From: Mobula birostris
Lineage: Eukaryota
Assembly (NCBI RefSeq): GCF_030028105.1
Contig: NW_027274036.1
Location: 496,001 to 560,000, forward strand
DNA length: 64,000 nt
Reading direction: 5' to 3'
Under the pieces are notes generated by a model. The model had not been told where the DNA came from, made no database searches, and saw only the letters and a program-made list of their open reading frames with translations. Position 1 is the first letter of the stretch, and every line of letters begins with the position of its first letter. Positions 27,001 through 39,000 of the stretch are shown in pieces. The position numbers were made by a program, and so were the translations under genes.

Positions 27001-30000
27001 AAAGCGGTGCCCTGCAATAAGTTCTTTAGTTTGTACACGGATCTCCCAGCCGCGTGTCACTTCTGCGGGCTGGAGGAGACTGTGTACCATATGTACGTGG
27101 AGTGTGTGAGGCTGCAGCCCCTTTTCGCGTATTTGCGTGGGCTGCTTCTCGCTTTCTGGTTGCATTTCAGTCCCACCCTATTCATATATGGTCATCCAGT
27201 AAGGAGGGGGGCACAGAGGGATGAGGATGTCCTTGTCAACTTGCTCCTGGGGCTGGCGAAAACTGCCATCCGTGGCTCCTGGAAAAGGGTGGCAGGAGGT
27301 TCTCCCCGGGCGGACTGCCTGGCTATGTTTAGGGGGTATGTTCGTGCCCGGGTGAATATTGAAAAGGAATACGTACAGTCCACGGCGACCGTCGAGATGT
27401 TCCGGGACCGTTGGGCTCCGCGGGGTGTAAATGCCATCATTGATGAGGATGGCAATATATTGGTTTAACATGTATTGTCTGTTTGTGGTGTAGTAAATGT
27501 GTTAGTCACTGGTTTTGTAAATATTGTATAGCACCGACATTTGTAATAAAGAATTTTGTAGAAAAAAAAAGAGGGGAGATACTGAGAGACACCAGACTCT
27601 CAGAAGGGAAATACTCCGGGAGCATCACACTGTCAGATGGGACATACTGAGCTAACATCACGCTGTCAGAGAGGAGATACTGAGGGAATATCAAATTGTC
27701 AGAGGGGAGATACTGAGAGAAAACTTTCTGTTATAGGGGAGATACAGAGACAACAGACTGTCGTAGGGGAGATACTGAGGGACATCACACTGTCAGAGGG
27801 GAGATTCTGAGGGAATATCAAACTGACAGAGGGGAGAATCTGAGAGATACCACGCCTTGAGAGGGGAGATACCGAGGGACACCACACTGTCAGAAGGGAG
27901 ATACTGAAGGACAGTACACTGTCAGAGGGGAAATACTGAGGGAACATCACAGTGTCAGAGGGGAGATACTGAGAGACACCACAGTGTCAGAGGGGAGATA
28001 ATGAGAAATTGCACTGTCAGTGGGGAGAAACTGAAAGATAACACTCTGCCAGAAGGGAGATACTGAGATACTCCACACTGTCAGACAGGAGATTCTAAGT
28101 AACACCACATTGTCAGAGGGAAGATACAGAGAGATAACACTGTCAGAGGGGAGATATTGAGGGACACCATGCTGTCAGAGCAGAGATAAAAAGGGAATAC
28201 AACACTGTTGGAGGGGAGATACTGAAAGACACTAGACTCTCAGAGGTCAAACACTGAGAGAGCTCACACTGTCAGAGGGGAAATACTGAGAGAGCTCACA
28301 CTCTCAGAGGAGACAGACTGAGCTAACATCACTCTGTCAGAGAGGAGATACTGAGGGAATATCAAACTGTCAGAGGGGAGAATCTGAGAGATACCAAGCC
28401 TTGAGAGGGGAGATACTGAGGGCCACCACACTGTCAGAGGGGAGGTACTGAGGGACACTACACTGTCAGAGGGGAGATACTGAGAGAAACCTCACTGTTA
28501 GAGGGGAGATACAGAGACAACAGACTGTCAGAGGGGAGATACTGACGGACTTCACACTGTCAGAGGGAGATATCGGGAGACCACCATACTCTCAGAGGGG
28601 AGAAACTGAGAGGGGTTCATACTGTCAACGGGGAGATATTGAGGGATTATCACCCTGTCAGAGCGGAGATACTGAGAGACATCACGCTGTCAGATGGGAG
28701 ATACTTAAAGAGCATCACACTGTCAGAGGGGAGATACTGAGAGACGCCACACTGTCAGAGAGGAGATATTGAGGGATCATCAGACTGTCAGAGGGGAGAC
28801 ACTGAGAGACACCACACTGTCAGATTGGAGATAATTAAAGAGCATCACACTGTCAACGGGGAGATACTAAGGGACACCACTCTGTCAGAGGGGAGATATT
28901 GAAGGAACACCACACTGTTAGAAAGGAGATACTGAGTGATAACACAAGGTCAGACGCAAGATGCTGAGAGACACCATACTGTCAGAGAGGAGGTACTGAG
29001 AGACGTCACAATGTCAGGTGGAAGATATTGTGGGACACCACACTGTCAGAGGGGAGATACAATGGGAATACAACACTGTTGGAGGGGAGATACTGAGAGA
29101 CACGAGACTCTCAGAGGGGAAATACTCAGAGACCATCACACTGTCAGATGGGACATACTGAGCTAACATCACTCTGTCAGAGGGGAGATACTGAGGGATC
29201 AAACTGTCAGAGGGGAGATACTGAGAGAAACCACACTGTCAGATGGGAGATATTGAGGGACACCAGACTGTCAGAGGGGAGATACAAAGGGAATACAACA
29301 CTGTTGGAGGGGAGATACTGAGAGACACCACACTGTCAATGTGGAGATACTAAGGGACACCACACTGTCAGAGGGGTGATACCGAAGGACATCACACTGT
29401 CAGAGGGGAGATACTGAGAGAAACCACACTGTCAGATGGGAGATTTTGAGGGACACCAGACTGTCAGAGGGGAGATACAAAGGGAACACTACACCGTTGG
29501 AGGGGAGATACTGAGAGACACCAGACTCTCAGAGGGGAAATACTCAGAGAGCATCACACTGTCAGAGGGGACAAACTGAGCTAACATCACTCTGTCAGAG
29601 AGGGGATACTGAGGGAATATCAAACTGTCAGAGGGGAGAATCTGTAAGATACCACGCCTTGAGAGGAGAGATACTGAGGGACACCACAGTGTCAGAGGGG
29701 AGATACTGAGAGAAACCTCACTGTTAGAGGGGAGATACAGAGACAACAGACTGCCAGAGGGGGGATATTGAGGGAAACCACATTATCAGAGGGGAGATAC
29801 AAAGGGAATACAACACTGTTAGAGGGGAGATACTGAGAGACATCACACTGTCAGGTGGGAGATATTGAAGAACATCACACTGTCAGAGGGGAGATATTGA
29901 GGGACACCAGACTGTTAGAGGGGAGATACATAGGGAATACAACACTGTTGGAGGGGAGATACTGAGAGACACCAGACTCTCAGAGGGGAAATACTGACAG

Positions 30001-33000
30001 AGCATCACACTGTCAGAGGGGACATACTGAGCTAACATCACGCTGTCAGAGAGGAGATACTGAGGGAATATCAAACTGTCAGAGGGGAAAAACTGAGAGA
30101 CACCACACTTTGAGAGGGGAGAGACTGAGGGACACCACACTGTCAGAGGGGAGATACTGAGAGACACCACACTGTTAGAGGGGAGATGCAGAGACAACAG
30201 ACTGTCAGGGGGAGATATTGAGGGAAACTTCATTGTCAGAGGGGAGATACAAAGGGAATACAACACTGTTAGAGGGGAGATACTGAGACACATCACACTG
30301 TCAGATGGGAGATATTGAGGGACACCACACTGTCAGAGGAGAGATACAAAGGGAATACAACACTGTCGGAGGGGAGATACTGAGAGACACAAGACTCTCA
30401 GATTGGAGATACTGAGAGAGCATCACACTGTCAGAGGGGACATACTGAGCTAACATCACTCTGTCAGAGAGGAGATAGTGAGGGAATTTCAAACTGTTGG
30501 AGGGGTGATACTGAGAGACAACACACTTTCAAAGGGGAGATACTGAGAGACATCACACTGTCAGATGGGAGATATTGAGGGACACCACACTGTCAGAGGG
30601 GAGATACAAAGGGAATACAACACTGTCGGAGGGGAGATACTGAGAGACACAAGACTCTCAGATTGGAGATACTGAGAGAGCATCACACTGTCAGAGGGGA
30701 CATACTGAGCTAACATCACTCTGTCCGAGAGGAGATAGTGAGGGAATTTCAAACTGTTGGAGGGGTGATACTGAGAGACAACACACTTTCAAAGGGGAGA
30801 TACTGAGAGACATCACACTGTCAGAGAGGAGATACCGAGGGAACATCACACTGTCAGAGGGGAGATTCTGAGGGAATACTACACTTTGAGAGGGGAGATA
30901 CTGAGAGAGCACCACATTGTCAGAGAAAAGATGCTGAGAAACATCATACTGATAAATGAGAGATTCTGAGGGAACATCACACTGTCAGAGGGGAGATACT
31001 GAGAGACACCAAACTGTCAGAGGGGATATACTGAGAAATCACACTGTGAATGGGGAGATATTGAGAAATCACACTGTCAGTGTGGAGAAATGGAGCGATA
31101 ACGCTCTGTCAGAGGGGAGGTCCTGAGGGACACCACACTCTCAGAGGGGAGATAGCAGGGGAGCACCATACTCTCAGAGGTGAGATATTGAGAGAAGTTC
31201 ACAATGTCAATGGGGAGATACTGAGGGAACATCACACTGCCAGAGGAGAGATACTGAGAGACACCACACTGTCTGAGAGAAGATACTGAGAAAAATCACA
31301 CTGTCAGAGGGAAGATACTGAGAGACGTCACACTGTCAGAGGGCAGATATCGGGAGACCACCATACTCTCAGATGGGTGATACTGAGATACCACCACATT
31401 GTCAGAGGGGAGATATTGAGAGACCACCACACTGTCAGAAGGGAGATACTAAGAGACATCAAACTGTTATGGGGGAGATGGTAATGGACACTCTAATGTG
31501 AGAGGGGAAATACTGAGGGACATCACACTGTCAGATGGGAGATACTGTGGGTCACCAGACTGTATGAGGGGAAATACTGAAAATAACCACATGTCAGAGG
31601 GGAGATACTGAAAGTAAACCACACTGTCAGAGTGAAGATACTGAGATACCACCACACTGTCAGAGGAGAGATACTGAGAGACATCAAACTGTTATGGGGG
31701 AGATAGTGATGGACACCCTAATGTGAGATGGGAAATACTGAGGGACATCGCACTCTCAGATGGGAATTCTGTGGGTCACCATACTGTATGAGGGGAAATA
31801 CTGAGAATAACCACACTGTTAGAGTGGAGATACTGGGAGACAACAGACTGTCAGAGGTGAGATAATGAGAGACATCACAATGTGATAGGGGAGATACTGA
31901 GGGACACCACTCTGTCAGAGGGGAGATACTGAGAGAAGCCACACTGTCCATGGCGGAGATAGTGACAGAATCCCACTGTTGGAGTGGAGGTACAGGGGGA
32001 CGCCACACTGTCAGAGGGGAGATACTAAGGGACACCACAGGGTCTGAAGGGAGATACTTAGAGACACAACACTGTCAGATGAGAAATACTGAGAGACATC
32101 ACACTGTGAGAGGGGAGATACTGAGGGACACAACATTATCAGACGGGAGATACTGAAGGACACCGCACTGTCAGCAGGTGAATACTGAGGGACATCACAC
32201 TGTGAGATGGGAGATACTGTGGGTCACCAGACTGTATGAGGGGAAATACTGAAAGTAAACCACACTGTCAGAGGGGAGATATGGTGAGAGCTCCACACTG
32301 TCAGAGGGGAGATACTGAGAGACATCACACTGTCAATGTGGAGATACTAAGGGGCACCACACTGTCAGAGGGGAGATATTGAGGAATCATCACCCTGTCA
32401 GAACGGAGATACTGAGAGACACCACACTGTCAGAGCGGAGATATTGAGGGATCATCACTCTGTCAGAGGGGAGATACTGAGAGACATCACATTGTCAATG
32501 TGGAGATACTAAAGGACACCACACTGTCAGAGGGGTGATACCGAAGGACATCACATTGTCAGAGGGGAGATACTGAGAGAAACCACACTGTCAGGTGGGA
32601 AATATTGAGGGACACCAGACTGTCAGAGGGGAGATACAAAGGGAATACAACACTGTTGGAAGGGAGGTACTGAGAGACACCAGACTCTCAGAGGGGAAAT
32701 ACTGACAGAGCATCACACTGTCAGAGGGGACATACTAAGCTAACATCATGCTGTCAGAGAGGAGATAGTGAGGGAATATCAAACTGTCAGAGGGGAGAAA
32801 CTGAGAGACACCACACTTTGAGAGGGGAGATACTAAGGGACACCACACTGTCAGAGGGGAGATACTGAGAGACACCACACTGTCAGAGGGGAGATACTGA
32901 GGGAATACCACACTTTGAGAGGGGAGCTACTGAGAGACATCACTCTGTCGGAGGAGAGATATCGAGGGAACATCACAGTGCCAGAGGACAGATGCTCAGA

Positions 33001-36000
33001 GACACCACACTGTCAGAGGGAAGATACTGAGAGACCACCACACTGTCAGAGGGGAGATACTGAGAGACATCAAACTGTTATGGGGGAGATAGTGATGATG
33101 TGAGAGGGGAAATACTGAGTAAATACATCGCACTGTCAGATGGGAGATACTGTGGGTCACCAGAGTGTATGAGGGGAAATACTGAGAATAACCATACTGT
33201 TAGAGGGGAGATACTGAGAGACAACAGACTGTCAGAGGGGAGATACTGAAAGTACACCACACTGTCAGAGGGGAGATATGGTGAGAGCTCCACACTGTCA
33301 GAGAGGAGATACTGAGACAATTCACTCACTCAGAGGTGAGATACTGAGAATTCACTCAGTCAGAGGTGAGATATTGAGAGACATCACAATGTGATAGAGG
33401 AGATACTGAAGGACACCACTCTGTCAGATGGGAGATACTGAGAGAGCACCACACTGTCAGAGGGGAGAAACTGAGAGAAGTCATACTGTCATGGGGGAGA
33501 TAGTGACAGAATCCCACTATTGGAGAGGAGGTACAGGGGGACTCCACACTGTCAGAAGGGAGATACTGAAAGACATCACACTGTCAGAGGGGAGATACTG
33601 AGGGAAGATCACACTGTCAGATGGGAGATACTGAGAGACATCACACTGTCCGAGGGGAGATACTGAAGTACACCACACTATCAGTGGGGAGATACTGAGG
33701 TAACATCACACTCTCTGAGGGAAGATACTGAGAGAATACTGCTCTCTCAGAGGACAGATTCTGAGGGACATCACACTCTCAGAGGGGAGATACTGAGGGA
33801 AACCACATTGTCTGAGAGGAGATACTGAGAGAGAACCAAACTGTAAGAGGGGAGATACTGGGAGGCATCACACTATCAGTGTGGAGGTACTGAGGGAACA
33901 CTACTCTCTCTGAGGGGAGATTCTGAGAGACATCACACTGTCAAAAGGAAGATTCTGAGGGTACACTGCTCTCTTAGAGGTGAGATTCTGAGGGAACACC
34001 ACTCTGTTCTAGTGAGGGTTCTTCTAACCCAGTACTCAGGGACCTCAGAGTGAAGGCGTTTGGAGTGAGGGACAAATAGCCAGCCCTTCTTTCCGAATGA
34101 TCCTTCCTACTACTCGTTACTCTGCTGCTCTGACACCACGATGCATCATTTGGACAGAGTAGCTACCCTTAGACCTGTGTCTCCAGCAGTGCAGCAATGT
34201 CTCATTAGTGACATAGGATGTGTCCACCTGAAATTTGGGATGAATCCATAGTGGGGACCTGAGGCTGGGGGTGAGAGTCTGTATGATGTTCCTTGTCTCC
34301 TCTGTGCAGTGTCGGAAGAGTGGAGAGCTGACAGTCCACGAGATGTGACGGCGCAGAGGGGTTTGTGTGCCCGGATTCCATGCCACTACAGTTATCCATC
34401 GCACGTGGACAATAAACCCTGGGATGGAGTCTGGATGAAAGATGAATGTCTGACTCAAACGGTCACTTTCCACTCTAAGCATCAGAGTCGTGTGTCCCCG
34501 AGGTTTCATCGTCGGACCTGGCTGTCCGGAAAAATGAAAGATGGCGACTGTTCCCTGGTTATAGACAATATCATGCAGGAAGATGAAGGTTATTATTACT
34601 TCAAAATTGCATCTGAAAATGTGGATCGACATAGCTATCTACCCACAACACAGCTCCATGTTACTGGTGAGTGCCTAGTATAATTTTCCAGCAATTCAGG
34701 AAATATGATAAACTGCTGTAACGTCAGTCACACCTTCGTACAGATCATTACAAACCAGGCATGTCAAATATTAAATTGATACACCCCCTATTTTAAATGG
34801 TCATTGAAGGGTTAATGAACATTGTGTCCATCCTGCTGTGGATAGTGATTAATTAAACTAGGGCAGAATCCTGAGAGTCATGAACCAGTGCCACCGACCT
34901 GTTCATCCAGCAGTATCAAAGGTGCTGAGGGTGAAAGTGCTTTGAGCAGAGGGAGAGAATCTGTCAGGATTGTTCCTCCAGCACAGCAGTCATTTACTAC
35001 TTGTTGTATTTATCTAAAAGGATCCATTTCTCTGTGTTAGATTTCACAGATAAGCCCTCGATATTCCCCGCTGAAATGGTTGCAGGAAAGCCAGTGAACA
35101 TAAGCTGCACCTTCAACATCACGTGTGGTGGATCGACACCCAACTTCACCTGGATCACCCCCACAGATGTATTGGCGTTAAACTCGAGCAGTGTAACCGA
35201 GTGGGGTGACACTCTGACATATACAGCTGTTCTGACCCTCACCCCAGCGCTCAAACACCACGGGCAAAATCTCACCTGCAGAGTCAAATACCCACTTGTT
35301 TCATCAGAGCAGACAGTCACACTAACTGTGCGGTGTAAGTATGGGCAGCATTCAGTGACATCTTAACATAATGCAGCAATTCCTCTGGACCACCTATCTG
35401 TTAGTGTAGTTCTTGCTCACCCAGAAAACACATCCCCCCATCAGTATTGCCCCCTCCAACAGTTCAAAGTTTACTAATGCTCTGCACACACTGTTCGGAC
35501 ACTGCCTCAGAGCAGATTCTCTGCTTTGGCAATGCTACCTCGATTCTCGCATGTCCAGCTTTCTCTCCTCTGTGAGTGCAATCCTCCCTCACCACGATCC
35601 ATCCTACCACGCAGCACTCCCTCAGTGCGACCAGTGCTGCACTCTATTGGCACTGCCATTCTCACTGTGAAGCACTCCCTCAGTGCTACAGGGCTGTACT
35701 CTATGGCAGGGGTCTCCAACCTTTTTTGCATTATGGACCGGTTTCATATTGACAATATTCTTGCGGACCGGCCGACCGGAGGCGGGGGTGGGGTGGGTAG
35801 GGTTGCCAACGGACAAGAGTATCAGTCAAATACGTTGTTTACCTCATGAAAGACTACAATAACCATGAAGCCTTGCGTGGGCACCAGGGCACATGTGTGT
35901 ACGTGCCGATTTTTTTCCCCTACAAATCGTTTTTGGCGATTCTGTTGGGTGGGGGGGGTGTTAATCACGACTGGAATATGGGTGATAACTGGCTAATACA

Positions 36001-39000
36001 CTCAATTTTGTTTCTAAAAGGGTTTATCTAACAAATTTAATATTAAACACACAGCGCATATTTCCCTCGTATGAATATAGTGAGAAGTCAATTATCAGGG
36101 GAGGACAGGGGAGCTTGAAGTAAGTGTTGAACGAACTTCCAGTAGAAGTGGTAGAGGCAGGTTCGATATTATTATTTAAAGAAAAATTAGACAGGTATAT
36201 GGATAGGAAAGGAATGGAGGGTTATGGGCTGAGTGCAGGTCAGTGGGACTAGGTGAGGGTAGCGTTCTGCACGGACTAGCAGGGCAGGGATGGCCTGTTT
36301 CCATGCTGTAATTGTTATATGGTTATATAGGTCACTTATAAGTCAATAGCATCATGACATTTTAAGTAATGTTTGGAAATTAAACACACAGCACATATTT
36401 TCCCCGTATGAACATATAAAATCATTGCAACACACCAATATCGCTGAATCAGTGGGAGCCCTGGGCTTGTTTCCCTACAATGAGACGGTCCTACCGAGGG
36501 ATGATGGGAGACAGCGATACTCGAACGGAGTTCCTTATGTCCAGTCTATTCCGCAATTTAGTTTTTGTTGCATTCATTGCAGAGATATGTTGGAAATGGA
36601 AGCAACGTTTTCAGTGCTTTCGTGGCTATCTCAGGATATTTAGCCTTGACTTTGATCCAGATGCCGGCAGAGATGTTACGTCAAACATACTTTTCAGCCC
36701 ACCGTCATTTGCAAGCTCAAGGAGTTAATCTCCTTCCCGCGCTGACATGGTTGACGCGCGGGTAATGACCTCACATGCGTAATGACCTCGCGCACGTTCA
36801 AGCTCAACAGTGGGCATGTCAGGGAATGAGGAAAGGTGCAGCTGACTCCTATCACCAAATCATATTGTTTCCTTGCGGCCCGGTAGCACATGCTTTGCGG
36901 CCCGGTACCAATCCACGGCCCGGTGGTTGGGGACCGCTGCTCTCTGGTACTGCCACTCCCACTGTGCAGTGCTCTCTCACTGTTGTGTTGCACTCCATGG
37001 TACTGTCACTCCCAATGTGCAGTGCACCCTCAGTGCTACAGTACTGTACTCTATTGGTACTGCCATTCCCACTGTGCAGCACTCCCTCAGTGCTACAGTG
37101 CTGCACTTTATGGTACTATCACTCCCACTGTGCAGTGCTCCCTCAGTATTACAGTGTTGTACTCTATTGGTATTATCAGTCCCACTGTGCAGCATTCCCT
37201 CAGTGCTACAGTGTTGTACTCTATTGGTACTGCCACTCCCACCATGCAGCGCTCCCTTTCAGTGCTGCCCCTTCACATCATGTAGCAGTCTCTGGGCACC
37301 ACTCATCCCACTGCAGCACTTCCTTGGCACTGGCCCTCGCATAGTGCGGAATTCCCTCAACACAGCACATTTGATCCACAAGGATATTGCTACAAGTAAT
37401 TGTCCTCTCGTTCTTGGCTCCTCCAACAGTGGAGCTCTCATTGCAGGAAATGCTGATCGTCTCACTGGCTGCTGCAGCAGGAGTTGTAGCCCTGATCATC
37501 TTGGTGACTCTGACTTGGTTCGTTCTTCAGTCCCGATGTAGAACTAACAGGTGAGTGTTTGAAAAATCTGAAAACAATAAATGTCCCCATTTACTAGATC
37601 TCCTGTGTCCAAGACCATCTTTTCTCCTCAATCCCAGCTTCTGAGCAATCACCTGAATATTATTGCTCTGCCATTGGTAGCAATGACTTCAGTCTGTGTT
37701 CAGAGATCCGGAATTCCTCTTCTGATAGCCTCTCACTAGCTCCATACAGCACTACCCCACACACTACTAAACATCCCCCCGGAGTATATAGTTGAGCATA
37801 TCTGTTAAATACTCTGACATTCCACACATCCCCCCGGAGTATATAGTTGAGTATATCTGTTAAATACTCTGACATTCCACACACCTCACACTTTTACAGC
37901 ATGGCACTATAGACCCCAGGCTCCATCACAAAGAGTGGGAGCCAAGCTCCTGTGATCCCTATAAAACACTGGGACATGGTACCCATGTTCAATATAACAC
38001 ACTGGGGCCAACGGCCTTTGATCCTTATAACACACTGGGGCCTCATTTCAGGGTTTCCTTTAACACACTGTTCGATGATTCCTACAGCACACTGGGACAT
38101 GGTTCTGTGATCTATATAACACACGGGCAACGTTCCCTTGATCCTAATAACACACTGGGCCCCCACTCCCATGAGCACTAAAACACACTTGGCCCTCGTT
38201 CTTACAATGCACTGGGAAGTGTTTCTCATGATCCCTGTAACACAATGGGTGCCACTTCCATAATATACTGGGGCTCTGCCCTTGTGAACCCTGTAACACA
38301 CTGTGGCCCCACTCCCGTCATCTCTATAACACACTGGGGCCCTGTTCCTGTGATTCCAGTAACACACTGACGCCCCATTCCTGTGATCTCTATAACACAC
38401 TGGGGCCCTGTTCCTGTAATTCTGCGTAACACACTGAGGCCCCATTCCGAATATCTCTATAACACACTGGGGCCCCATTTACGATATCTCTATAACACAC
38501 TAGGGCTTCACTTCTGTGATCCCTGTAACACACTGGGGCCCTGTTCCTGTGATTCCAGTAACACACTGGGGCGCCATTTCAAATACCTTTGTAACACACT
38601 GGGGAACTGTTCCATTGATCCCTGTAACACACTGGGGCTCCTGTTCCTGTGATTCCTGTAACACACTGGGGCCCTGTTACTGTGATCGTTGCAACACACT
38701 GGGGCGCCATTTCAGATATCTCTGTAACACACTGGGGAACCGATACTATGATCCCTGTAACACACTGTGGCCCCATTCCTGTGATCCTTGTAACACACTG
38801 GGGCTCCTGTTCCTTTGATCTCTGTAACACACTGGGGCCCCTGTTCCTGTGATTCCTGTAACACACTGTGGCCCCATTCCTGTGATCTCTGTGTTACGTA
38901 CCCCGTAACAGGGTTGCCAAACCAGCAGAAATGGACCACTTAGTTGGAGTCTGGAACTAAGAAAGTTTTATTAAAGAAATAAGTAACACAGTACTCTAAT

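Noticed and set aside
19600-34300. Separate leader exons before V2, V3 or V4, implying several genes
   Set aside because: ATG-initiated stretches upstream (e.g. MIWQPRV.. at about 19673) are not hydrophobic and have no suitable donor, and no intervening C2 or TM exons were recognised. A manual scan could still miss degenerate exons.
6853-34666. V exons as rearranging Ig/TCR V segments
   Set aside because: They lack the F-strand YYC cysteine, end in GT splice donors rather than RSS, and show Siglec-specific cysteine and FR/FK patterns.
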